Shown piece after piece: positions 49,740 to 62,010 of a stretch of 64,000 nt of DNA. The stretch lies in the NCBI GenBank assembly GCA_008632985.1, contig QPGO01000119.1, positions 1-64,000 of the forward strand. The letters run 5' to 3'. How positions within the stretch are numbered: position 1 is the first letter of the stretch; every line of letters starts with the position of its first letter. The notes under the pieces are model-generated. The model was not told the origin of the DNA, did no database searches, and saw nothing but the letters and a program-made list of their open reading frames with translations. The position numbers and the translations under genes are program-made. This DNA is from Psammoneis japonica (taxonomy: Eukaryota).

Positions 49740-52040
49740 TCTGGCAAAGCCCTGGTGCATCTTCTTGTTCCAGTTCCCCCATCATGGCCCAAACGCTTCT
49801 TCGAGCTCTTGACACAGCTTTCTTGAATTCATTGTCAGCTCTTTTCTCTTTGACCCATTCCAGCTGTGTGGTTTCAATTTCATCAAGAAAAATCTCGTCA
49901 AGGGATGATTTGCCAATCAGGTGCTTGATGAGATCTCGCAGGAGGCAGATTGATGGGGTGGAGCAGGTGGTGTGTTTGCAACCCTGCCAACTGCGGCAAA
50001 GCTGGCACTGGTCTTTTGCAGCTCTGCAAAATGCTTTGTTGCTTCCATGAGGTGAAAGAGAGAATGGACTGCTCATCCATGGTTTGACATGATGTGCCCA
50101 GAGAACAAAAAATCTTGTCGCGCGCAACTTTGTTTTCTGCATCCAGTGTCAGAGCATCTGCAAAATGCTTCATCAGCAAGTTGCCAAGGCATGACATGTG
50201 TGCACAATTGACCTTGTGCAACTTGGACAGAAACAGGTTTGTCTCAGTGCTGCTGTCAAACTCAAAAATTCTAAAAACATGGGGACCATCACCAGAGGAG
50301 TGCGTGCTTGCAAATTTTTCATCATGGCAGGCTTTGATTTCTCCAGTTCAGTTCATCAAGTTGGCACCCTCCTGCACCCAATTAGAACCCACAAGCTTGA
50401 GCTTCTGAGCAACACATTTCAGTTTGCCAACCCTGCTTGCAAGCAAAAGATGAGTGCCGTCGTCAGACATGGTGACTTGCACATCACAGTGACCCCAGTC
50501 TTTTCATTTGTCGAGAATCCAAAGTGAGCTTGTCTCTTGCCACGATGATGCTTTCCAATCATAGATGCAAATGTGCTTCAGATCACTGCAGGTGGTGGGA
50601 GGGCCAACAGCCAACCAATTTCCATGAACTGACATGGCCAACAGTGTGCTCCGTTGATCTTGCAGCCTCTGCAAGTCCAAGACAACTGCTTCCTCTCTGC
50701 ATGGCGACAAACTTCAACCTTGAAATTCTCCCAGCATTGAGATGACAGAGCATGCAGTCTTTTGCTGAGAGCAACAGCTTTGCTGTTTCCAGACATGCTT
50801 CTTCTGTTTGCACACCTGCTTGCACAGAACATGAGAGAACAACCAACAGATCTGGTTGGCTCCAACAAACTTCCAATGTTGTCACACATTTTTGCATGCT
50901 TGTTGGCATCTGTCAGTGTGATCCGATGGCCATTGTGTGACAAGGACACTTGGCTTCCCATTTCTTTCCCTGCATGAGGACCAACAAAGTCCCAGCGACA
51001 TTTCGCTTTTGTTCACTCTGCTCTGACTCCACTCATGAATTTTGTCCAGCCCAAACAAGTCAAGACATTGGTGGGCACACACGCAGTCATTGTGCTGAAA
51101 CTTGCAAAACCCATCTTTGCAAATGGCATCGTCATCATCATCATCATCATCATCAAAATCACAGTCATTGTTGTCTCACATGCTGCAGTCACTGTTGGTC
51201 TTTGGATGGCCCATGGCAAGATGCAATGCCCATCTGGTGCTGCCCACACGGGTTCATGCCTCTCATTGCAAGCATCGCACATGCCACCAAATTGCCCCCC
51301 CATTCCTTTCCAGAGTGGCTTTTTGCCAGATCTCTCATGGAGTTCAAAAGTGCATTTGCTGGTCTTGCATTCGTTGAGGCCACTGTCAGCATGGCAGGCA
51401 GTCCTGACGGAACCAAAAATGCTTCCCGTCTTTTGAGACATGGCTCAACTGCAAGACTTTTTCATGTGCGCACTCTAAAGTTTCCCCAAGCTGTTTCCAC
51501 TCGCAGGGGATGCCCAGATTGCCACCATGACGCAGGTGCTCTTGGGCACAATGACCAGATGTTTTCAGCCTCTGCATGTTGTTTCGTCTCATGTCATCAC
51601 AGGCTGCTCCTGGATGCCTGATGGAAGCTTTAAATCCACCAGCCATCGCCGACCTTTGATTGTTCATTCTTCGTCCGAGCTCCTTTGGAACCATTGCCCG
51701 TCTTTGAATGAGACCAAGAGACAGTGATGGCAACCATTCCCAACTGTGCTGGTGACATCGAACCCAGGACAATGGAAGCCAAAGCTGCTGGTCATGCTGC
51801 TTGTCGTGGACGCTTGTTTCCGACTCCGGGCATGCTCCACTTCGATTTGCTTTCTTGGTGCCGTCAGGCATTTGCTGAAGTGAAACAGTGGCACAGGATT
51901 CACCAATGAGAGAGGAGTGTTATGATGACAGGTCTGGTTGACAACAAGAGCCAAGAGAAGCTCCGTTTCCTTGTGTTTGATCTCTGATCTCGAAAATGAT
52001 GAACACGGGAGGGTTCTCATTTTTTGAAACATTTAGCGCG
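49740..52040 (-). pseudogene. Hypermutated paralog of the 37951-39933 gene, including its upstream flank
   Basis: Collinear similarity, e.g. 50012-50098 vs 38211-38297, and GGGTTCTCATTTTTTGAAAC at ~52011 vs ~40081. Reading frame broken; about 6 TA in 2.3 kb. Confidence 0.88.
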
Positions 52041-52245
52041 GGATAAAGAGTATTGGGATCTGAATACAATTGATACAAAAAAGAGTAATGACGTCATTCG
52101 CATCCACGCGGAAAAAATGGATGAATGAAACTTGCCACCGACTGACCCGACTGATGACTCACCGCCATTGCTCATCATCGTGTTGTGCGTTGTCTCGTTG
52201 CTCGTTGGAAACCGCAACTCATTACACTAACAACAGTAAAGAACC

Positions 52246-53009
52246 ATGTTTCGTTTCGGAGCTATTGGAGTATGCGCCATTATCATGGCTCTTTCTTGCG
52301 CTGACGCCTACATGGTGGGAACGTCCGTGTCGGCCTTTGGAGGTCGCGTTCTCTTGACGCCTCCTCCTGCTGTCTCCAAGAAAAATTTGCTTGAAATGAA
52401 AAAGGGAAAACCAAACATGCCTCCTCAAATGCGGGGTAACTACAAACGTCAGAAGGAAATGGCACAAATGCGTGAACAAATGATTGCGGCTGGCAAACCT
52501 GGCGCAGATGGATTGCCGATCTTCAATCTGTTCGTAAGAACGCCGGTGGGAAATGTAAGTTGAAGTGGGTGTACGATCCTTCAGCGTGTTGCTCGTGTAT
52601 TAGAGTGAGGCACAGAGTCGGAATCGCGTTGTTCCTTTTGATCAGCTCACATTTTTCTTTGCTCACTTTAATTTTTTTCCTTTTACAGGTGTGGTACCCA
52701 TGCGGCAGTTTCAAGGGCGATGACAAGAGTGCTGCATTGGCAAAGAACTATGCAGACGATGGCATGCTGAGTGGTATTTCGAAAAAGCAACTCGACAGTG
52801 GAGTGGAAGGATCCTTGTACCGAGACTTGGCCCAACTAAAGGAAAGTATTTTCCGCTCGTATCCGCAGCTTCGAAAGCAAAAGGACAAGCTCGAGTTTGG
52901 ATACAAGCTCGGATTCGAGGGCTTGTCAGAAGAACAAGAAAAGATGCAAATCATTGAACCCAAGGAGCAGAAGGGCCTTTTCGATGGAGTCAAGAGCATG
53001 TTCAGCTAA
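52246..53009 (+). CDS. HHL1-like plastid-targeted protein; exons 52246-52554 and 52689-53009
   Basis: Bipartite-like leader (SCADA-Y); FNLFVRT...WYPCGSFKG...LYRD...YPQLRK...EFGYKL resembles the HHL1 family; in-frame GT-AG intron. Confidence 0.7.
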
Positions 53010-53176
53010 GCAACGATTTGAAATGGTGCGTCGGATGACTTGATATATGATATTTTATAACTGTTTAACCTTAGTTATCGCTACTTCTGAACCGCGTTTC
53101 CTTTAACTTGTCTGGTCGAGTAGTCAAAACAAACGTGTCATATTGTTTGCAACTTCTCAATCAAAACACTATCTAC

Positions 53177-55059
53177 TCAAACGCCTTCGACAAGCAGATC
53201 TGGCATATCCTCCAAGACGGACGTTTCCATGTCTAGTTCAGACTCAAAGTCCGACACGTCACCAAGAGAAAAGGATCCGGCGCTTTCTTGCTTTCCAACG
53301 CGACCACCCGTTGGATGCACTTCATGAAAGGGCGGGAAGGGATCGTAGTTGTCCGCCATGTCTGGAAACACCGACGACGACCAGGTTTCACCATACTGCA
53401 CGGCCTGACCATGCTTGGAGATGCTCGGATAGCTTTCCGTCGTATCCATGTCGAAATTCACATCTACAAAGTCACAGGGTGATGTTGTTGTATCCATCAT
53501 GACATTGTCATCCATGACAACGTCATCACGCATGTCGTCGTCGGCGGCGGCGACAACGTTTCCTCCTGCGGCCCACGCATGAGCAAAGTCAAGCAACGGG
53601 TCTTCACCCATCTCTTCTGGAACGCAATAGGCATTGTCGGGATTATGAAACGTTTCACTGACTTGTTGGATCTTGCGGTCCCAATCCAAATCCACCACAT
53701 TGTCATCCTGTCGTGTGTCCGATCCGTAATGATGCGCTTGTGGCGTAGGTGGTCCGAAAGGAAGCGACGGCTGTTGCGGCTGTCCACAATCAGTATACAA
53801 ATGGTACCCCGCAACAGGAGGAGGTGGCGGCGGAGGAGAGCCCATGACTTGACCATGATGCATCGTTGAAGGATCCGGTCTGTTGTAGTGGCCAGGGGTC
53901 GGCGCCGGAGAGTAAACGTGATGATTGGGTGGCGATGCTCCAATAGCATCCGCGTAGGGTCCTGGAGAGTACGCTCCATTTGGTACAACAACTCCTCCTG
54001 GATTGGGCGTCACGACATGACCACCAAACACAAGCTGCTGCTGCTGTTGTTGCTTTTCTTTTTGTTCCCGATCATTGGCCATGAACTTGTAATCCAAAAA
54101 GTGATGGGGTTTCTTCTTCTTTTCAACCGATGCCTTGAGACTACGCTTGCGCATATTGGTGGTCCAATTCACAACCTGTCCGTGGTTGAGACCCGTCTGC
54201 TTGCACAACTCATCAATTTGTGTCGAGGTTGGAAAGGGATGTTGCTGTGTATCGGTTGTTTTTGAAACGAAACGAGTGTGTGTGTGTGAGCGACAATTTG
54301 GATAAAGGACGAGTTTCAAACACAGACGAGGCGTTCAATACAATACACACGTACCACATGATCCAGCATCCAATTCATCAAGATATCCGTCTGCCACTTG
54401 GAATACTTGTTGCAGATTGCATCACCCGACGTGGACGAACGAGGCTTGGGAGGAGGTGGACTCGCCACGACTGCAGCAACCGAAACAATTCCATTATTCG
54501 CTTCTTGTTGTTGTTGATAGGCAGCATGCTCTTTGGCTTGTGCAATATACTTGGTACAACGTTCCATTTCTTGTTGCAAAATATGAAAATTCTCATTCAA
54601 GAGTGAATCGGTCATGTGGTACGTTCCTCGTTGAATGACGGGTGGATTCTTGTAGTTGCGTTGCAAGTGTTGTTGTTGCATACGCGATACGGCATTGATG
54701 ACTTGTTGCGGATCCATTTCACTCGCGGTGCGCTTGGGTTCGTCATTGTTGTTATTGTTATGTAAATTCGATGCGGCCTCTCGGATTTGCTTGACACGTA
54801 CCGCCAAAGCCAAGAGACTTGGAAAGTCTTCATGACATAGCATGCGATCGACATCATCCAAAAGAACCGGAGCTTGTTCTTGCTTTTTCAAATCGATGTT
54901 GTTTCCTCGAGACAATGCCGTACCTTGCAATGGCGGACCGCTAGTAGCGGATCTCATGGGCGATGCTACGGTTTCCTCCTTTAACGACGGAGTACCAGGA
55001 GAAGTAGTGGCCGCCATGGGTGGAGGCGTTGTCGGCTTTTGCTTGTTCAAGTCCGCCAT
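53177..55059 (-). CDS. TALE-class (KN-type) homeodomain transcription factor; intron 54245-54354
   Basis: Spliced homeodomain KWQTDILMNWMLDHV/QHPFPTSTQIDELCKQTGLNHGQVVNWTTNMRKR. Confidence 0.85.
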
Positions 55060-55339
55060 GGTTGCGAGCAAAAAGTGGTAATCGATGTGTGTGTTTCAAA
55101 AAAGTGGCGAGCGACAAGACGTGTGCGTAGACTTCTACGTAATTTGGGTAGTCCTGTAGATTTGCTACTTGAATCTACACGCGTAGGCTGTGGTATTACT
55201 TCACGAAACAACCACGAAAAGATATCAAATCATAAATTTAGCTATGTACATGTAGATCGTTATAAAAGAAACGCCTTTTTAACGTTCAACGCTTCAAAGT
55301 TCCCTCCAGCCCCCTCTCACAAAAAATCTTCACACCGCC

Positions 55340-56654
55340 ATGGCACCATCGGTCAAGGGCAATCGCAAGGGCACGACCCGAAGTTATCAGGTGCAACGCC
55401 TCTTGTTTGTTGGTAGTGTCTCGGCCTTGTTTTTACTCGTGATAGTCATTACCACGAGCCTTTCGTTTGATAAAAGTGGCACGACGAGGGCACACGCTGC
55501 ACAAGTTGTCAAGGAAGTGTCTGCCACTGGTGACGTTGTGGAGGTATGTTGTATGTATTTGCTGTAGTCAACTTGTGTGTGCTTTTCACAAGGATGCGGT
55601 GGAATAGGAGCTTTGTGTCTAAGTCACAACTTTCTGATTACAGCAAAAAAGTTCTGTGTGTGGTTTCTCACATTACGATTTCCTCTCCAACTCTTTCGTT
55701 CACAGAACATTCCAGAACATGATCACAACAATGCCATTTCACTCGACAAGTCTCCCGTATTGAAATACGGTACAGCCTGGAAAAAGGAACGCACTTCGGA
55801 GTATGTGTACAATGCCATCATGGCAGGTTTTCGCCACATTGATACAGCTTGTCAACCACGACATTACCAGGAACAACTCGTGGGAGAGGGTTGGACGCGT
55901 GCTGCCTCTGAATTACAATTGGATCGCTCTCAAATCTGGTTGCAAACCAAATATACCAGTGTCAATGGACAAGATCCCAATGATATCCCCTACGATCCAA
56001 AGTTACCCTTGGACGAACAAGTAAAAGCTTCTCTTGCAGTGAGTTTGAAGAATTTACAAACGTCTCGTCTTGACAGTTGGATCATGCACGGTCCGGAAGA
56101 TTCGTGGGACAAGAATTTGTTGGTGTGGCAAACCATGGAATCCTTTGTCGAAAGGGAATTGTAGGACAAATTGGTATTTCCAATTTTTATGACGTGGATG
56201 CCATTGCCTATTTGTACATGCAAGCAAAAATCAAACCGAGCGTGGTACAGAATCGATTCTATCCCGATACAGGTTTTGATGTGGCAATTCGACAATTTTG
56301 TGTACAACATAATATCGAATATCAATCCTTTTGGACCTTGGGTGCCAATCGTCATGCCTTGGATACCAACGAATGGAGACAATTGGCACAAACCAAAAAG
56401 GGATTGACACCGGAAACGTTAATGTATGCCTTTGTATGAGCATTGGCATTACGCCTCTGGATGGGACGAAAAGTCTTGAACATTTACAAGAAGATGTACA
56501 ACTTGTGCGTCGTATGCAGAGTGGAGAAGAAATACTGACCCAAGATGAAATTGACATGTTATCGGGACTCTTGGGAATTGATGAAAGTCAAGATCAAGAA
56601 GAAGAAGAATCATCATCCTCTGAGGAGTATTCGGATGAACAAGAAGAAATTTGA
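55340..56654 (+). CDS. Aldo-keto reductase family protein with N-terminal TM anchor; one intron and apparent indels
   Basis: YGTAWKKE, GFRHIDTA, IWLQTK, SLKNL..LD...H, GQIGISN and VVQNRF motifs over ORFs 55577-56164, 56077-56439 and 56331-56654. Confidence 0.8.
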
Positions 56655-56753
56655 ATTGATCAAGAGTATTGAGTGCTGTAGTAGTATGCTTTGCTGAGAT
56701 GATTCACGTTTCATATATAGCTTCCCATTCTTTTTTAACAATTACATAGTTTT

Positions 56754-57420
56754 CTATGCCACCAAATCGGTATCAAAATCCCACGTTAATTCGTTTTCCG
56801 TTTGTTGTTTTGTTTCCTCTTGGATTCGTTCATATTCTTCCAAGTCGACTTGTCTTATATTATTTTGTGAAGAAACTTGTCCCAACAACACCATGGAATC
56901 ACCACGTACCACATACAAACCCAATGGAATGTCGCAACACACGACACTTCCGTCGCTACAACGACACGTTTTGCGTTCACACACGTCCTCCATGACCATG
57001 TTGCTAAATTGATCAAACGAACGGAGTGTCTATATATTAAAAAAAAGAGGCAAATTTAATTTGTGAGTGAGAAAAATCAACCTGCAGATCACAAAAATAT
57101 ACCATATACTCACTCCCACCAAATGACGTCCATCTCGCAAGACAACCATTAACGTTTGATCCAATTGTTCTACAAGACTGGCACTCCCCGGTAAATAGGC
57201 TGGAACGTGTCCATAGGGAACACCCGACGGAGGCATGGCAGGAGGTTGTGTGTGATGATGTAGTATTTCCACCGCCACGTCCTCCTGGTTGATAGAGACC
57301 ACGACCACCACATTGCCTCTACCACCAGAATTAGTATTTTGTGTTGGAGCCTCTACCAGCAGTAGTAGTGCTGCCTCTGCCACCACCGCTATTACTTGTT
57401 GTTGGTGGTGCCGTCGCCAT
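56754..57420 (-). CDS. LSM1: Sm-like protein LSm1, one intron
   Basis: YLPGSASLVEQLD...VVLRDGRHLVG / LRSFDQFSNMVME...GLYVVRGDSMVLLG. Start position uncertain because of an indel. Confidence 0.85.
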
Positions 57421-57671
57421 GGTCTCGTTGCTGTCGTCCGCAGAAAAAAAAAGTGCCAAATCCATCGACGTGCGATGAGGCGGACAGACGAACAAACTCC
57501 AATTTGCTCAAACTTAGGCTTATGTGCTAATTGCAAACATCGAAGCCGTTCTGCGGCCTTCCTCTCTCGTGTGTGGCTCGCGGTATCTTTTTCACACACC
57601 ACCGCATACCGCATTGCATCAACAACAACAACAAGCATTTCATTACAACAACAACAACAACAACATTAATC

Positions 57672-58459
57672 ATGGCATCTTCGGGTTCCGGTTATGACTT
57701 GTCCTCTTCTACTTTTCTCCGGATGGCCGTATTTTTCAAGTCGAATACGCCGCCAAGGCTGTCGAAAATGCCGGAACCGCCATTGGCATCAAGTGCAGTG
57801 ATGGTGTCGTGTTGGGTGTGTCGAAACCCCTCTTGCACAAGCTGTTGGTGCCACACACGTCGGGCAAACGCATTCATTCCGTCGCACCCCATGCGGTATT
57901 GCCATGACGGGATTTGTTCCCGATGGACGTCAAGTCGTGGGACGTGCACGTGACGAAGCACGTCAATATTTGGAACTACGGTGAACCCATGGCGCCGCAT
58001 GTGTTGGGACAACGCATGAGCATGTATGTGCATTACTTTACCTCCATGGTAGTTTACGACCCTTTGGTGCTGTACGTTGTTGGCGGGTTTGATAAGGAAT
58101 TTCGGAATACACCTTGAGCATGGTGGAACCGAGTGGTGTCGTTTATGATTACTTGCGTGCGCTGCCGGGAAGGGACGTCAACCGGCACGGACCGAATTGG
58201 AAAAATTAAACATTCACAAGGAACCACCGTCTTGTGAACAAGCTGTCAAGCAATTGGCACGCATCCTGTACATGCTCTACGATGAAACCAAGGATAAGCC
58301 ATTTGAATTGGAACTCAGTTGGATTTGTCAAGCATCGCAAAACAAACACGTCGGTGTGCCACAAGATTCGTCAAGGAAGCTGTCGCGTGGGCCAAGGCCG
58401 AAGTGGAAAAGGAAGAATCGGACGAAGAAGAAGAAGAAGAGGAAGCCATGGAGGAGTAA
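57672..58459 (+). CDS. PSMA3: 20S proteasome subunit alpha type-3 (alpha7); several 1-nt indels
   Basis: [15 protein letters not shown](SPDGR)[44 protein letters not shown] and an acidic tail. Confidence 0.9.
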
Positions 58460-59052
58460 AAAGGAAAGGAGTTTCGTTCTAGATTGTGATTTGGGAAAGA
58501 ACGTACGGTATGTAGGAATTGTGTAGTTGTAGCTTTCTAAGCAAGGAGTAGGGATAGTTGTATCAAACGAGCTTGTGTATGTGTTGTAGAATAATTCTAC
58601 CGGTAGCTACACCTAGCATATCATACATGGTATGCTTTGTCAATGAGTCTTTTAACAATCAAACCAAGGATACAAGATTATAGAGTGGAAGAGTAACTGT
58701 TTTCAAGAACTAGAGTGTGAAATACCAATGCGCGTGCTTCTCTGGCAGAGCCACAAGCAACCTACTATTTTCTGCAGCCTCTCTATGGAAACTCTCTATC
58801 TATTTTTTCTATCTATTTTTTGAAGACAGGCTTGGTCCTTTCCGACGCAACCGAGTTCAAACTGAATCCTGTCCTGAAGCCTTTCATAAGTTTCGTCACA
58901 AAGCTTACAGTCTACCCGAGTGCAAAGTAGGCCATAAAAGCATCCATAAACGACGCACAAGAATAAAAAGTCCTCAATATAAACCATATGCTACTAACAA
59001 AAATGCCAAATACTAAACCCGAAACACCGCCTCCCAGAAATACATAGAGTAC

Positions 59053-59551
59053 TTAATTATTGGAATGCTCCATTTCCGACACATCCTCGGGATGTCCCAC
59101 ATTAATCGTTCCACTCGATGGCGGAATCATGTTATTCTCAGCTTCTGCTTCGGCTTCGAGAACCGCCATTTCTTCTCGTTTGCATTCAATCTTGGCCGAA
59201 ATGACAGCGATATCCTTTCGTGCCGTATCAAAGGCCGTTCGAATCTTACGTTCCTTTTCTTCAATGGGTGTGGATGTATCCACTTCGAGTTGTTCCATTA
59301 ATTCATACACTTCCACACCAAAGGCTTGTTTTCGAGCCTTGATTTCACGTTCCAAAAAGTGCACGTCCGTCTGTGATGAAAACAGAAAAGAATGTGTGTC
59401 AGTACAAATTCTACGTAATTTCTACGCATTCTACAGAAATAAATATATTCAACACTCACACGCAACATGGTTTTAGCACCCGAATCGACTAGACTCTTCC
59501 AGCCCGTTTCATTTTGTCCATCCAGCTCATTTCACCGCCAGAATAAGACAT
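59053..59551 (-). CDS. Small coiled-coil hypothetical protein, one intron
   Basis: ORF 59053-59364 with coherent helical composition; upstream exon MSYSGGEMSWMDKMKRAG...GAKTMLR; CAG acceptor near 59371. Confidence 0.55.
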
Positions 59552-59924
59552 GTTGGAAGTATCACCTGTGCACGAAATGGTTGCAAGTGTTGGTGTCGTT
59601 TGGAGAAAACGACACAAAAAAGGACAAAGTGTTTGTGTTGTTGCGTTGTTTGCCGTTTGACTTTTGTTCGAGAACACGAAAAAATATAACGGTCGTGGAG
59701 TCGTGATGCGCGCTCGCGTTGAATCGCGCGACTCGATTTCACAAGACATTGTGACGTCATGGGCCAACGGAAAATCCAACCAAAACCAAAGATGGACAGT
59801 ATTTATCGCAGATCAAAATCGTCCGATAATGACCAAGACATCGACACATGTCTCGGTCATTTCATTATACGAATACATCACGACCACACCATTGTTTCAC
59901 ATGGTTGGGTCGCATTTATTTTGG

Positions 59925-61664
59925 CGCCAAAGTCTTTTTTGCATGTGTGGCTGCGCGTGGTCGCCAGCAGATGAAGTGGCTGCTGGAATCTGTGTCATGT
60001 CTTTGCTGTGGACTGATGCATTTTCTCATCATGTTTTGGCAGTGTGGCAGCTCCTGCTTTTCAGCAGGGGGTGCTGGAACAACAGCAAGTTGCCAGCATG
60101 ATCTCTGGTGTGGTTGACTCTTCTTTCTTTTGTGCCTTTGCCCAGGGGGCAGGAGCCAAATTTTCAAACTCTGGATGTCATTGTTTTTGCAGATGTTTTT
60201 AGCCAATGCAGCAAAACAGCTGTGTGGTGACAAACAGCTCAACTGGAAAAGTTTGCCGCTGCATTTTTGTGGAAAGGAGCAGCAGTGCACAGCTTCTTGT
60301 GGCAAGTGTCCAAAGCCAAGGTGTGGGAGGCAAGAGCAGCCACAGCAAAAGACTGCCACTGCACATGTCTTCAAGTGCCAGCTGACAGACTTGTTGAAGG
60401 GTGCAATGCTGGGGGTGCATGTTGCTGGGGCCCAACAAGCAACTCAACAAAAAATTCGAACCAAGAGCAGCGCTTTTTGGACACGCCAGAGCTGCGGAAG
60501 CAGCAGCTTGGCAAAATTTTGGCAGGGGGGCGCTGCTGCACAAGCTTTTCAGTGCTCAAAGCAGTGCTCCTGCTGTCCCATGCTTGGCAGGCAGTGCAGC
60601 GCAATTGATCTTGGGAAGCTTGCTCTGTGGAAGCTTTTGAAGCTCTTGAGCCCCACGAAGCTCTTGAGCCAAGAAGCTGCAAATCTCGTTTCCCACAATG
60701 TGGCTTTGACTGGCTGCAACGTGGGCCAGCATGGGTGGCCAAGCCCCATTTTGATTGCTTCAAGAAGGTGCCTGCAGCCCATGAAGCCACAAGAGCTGGG
60801 TGTTGCCAAATGTGCTGCACGCGGCACTGGCATTGCTTGTTCTTGCAAAGCAGCGCCAAATCACCCAGCAGCACTTGCTTTTTCATTTCTTTTGATGCCA
60901 ACACACAAGCACAGGTGCACACTCCTGCTGTGCAGTGCATCAACACAGCAGCAGGTCAAATTGTCACACGCATGGGCAAAAAGCTGGAGGCGCCGCAAGT
61001 GGCACAACAAAGGTCAGCTTGCGCAATGGCAGCACATGATGCTTCCAGCAGATCGGAGTTGGTGGCATGCTGCACAAGAAATGCCATTGCATGGTTGTTG
61101 TGCAGTGTTGCACAGCAGATCTTGGAAACCTTTTTAGCTGTTTTCAAAGCTTTTGAGTTGGGCAGCACGGCTGAGCCAAGTTGCAAATTTTGCTGCCTGT
61201 GCAGCAGCTTTTGGTTGGTGGCAGCAGTCAGTTGGCTCTTGGCTCTGGCAAGGCCAGGTTTTTTGTTGCTCAGTTGTTTCAAGAAGGTGCACAGCTCACA
61301 AGGCTGCATGTGGCATTTTTGTTTTTTGTTGCAGAGCAAAACCTCAAATCACACAGGAGCTTGGTGCTTTTTCATTGCTTTTGACGAGGACATCAAAAAA
61401 CACACCAGCAGGTGGTGCACCCACTGTGCAGTCAGGGGCACAGCAAGGGGGGGGGGGGGGGGGGCGGAGTGGCTCAGCCTCCCCAGTCTTCATGAAAACC
61501 CACCAGCCCACGAGCCACACGAGCTCTACAAAACCTTTCACAAGGACATTGCAGCGGTCTCTCTCTCTCTTTTGCCACACTGCTGGCTGTGCTGACATGC
61601 ACGCAGCGTGTGTCACACGTGCACCTGTTTCATTGTTTTTGATGAGTGGCACTGTCAATGCATG
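59925..61664. other. ~1.7-kb TpA- and CpG-depleted block (probable decayed repeat)
   Basis: About 3 TA by eye (60200, 61135, 61527); internal similarity ~60840-60900 vs ~61328-61390; no recognisable product. Confidence 0.65.
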
Positions 61665-62010
61665 TTAGATTAAAAAAGAGCTGTTGAAAGGGTTTGGCAA
61701 CGCTGGCGCCTTTTCTCTCGGTTAACACACATCTTGGTTGAAATAAATTGGTTGAAGTAACTTTTTCTCTCAAGCAGTGGTCTTCGCTGGATCTTGGCCT
61801 GTACGGTTGTTTAAGGGAGACATTCACGACTGGGCATTTATGCCGTCCAAGGATGTCGTACTAAGTTCGATACGTGAAATAGATAGCTGGAGACATATGA
61901 CCGAATGGGGCATATTTATTCAATATCCGCCCAACAGATTGGTTTCATAATTTTTCGCTCGCTTCCCATTGTTGCAACAAAAACACAACACCTGTATTAT
62001 CAAGGCAACC

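Noticed and set aside
55340..59551. Frameshifts in AKR, LSM1, PSMA3 and the small hypothetical gene (also at ~587 and in the SPPL gene) suggesting pseudogenes or programmed frameshifting
   Set aside because: They are 1-nt indels, often in short homopolymers, and affect normally essential genes whose motifs are otherwise intact; long-read consensus error is the simpler explanation.
61447..61464. 18-nt G run as a functional G-quadruplex element
   Set aside because: Isolated homopolymer in decayed DNA with unreliable length and no supporting context.
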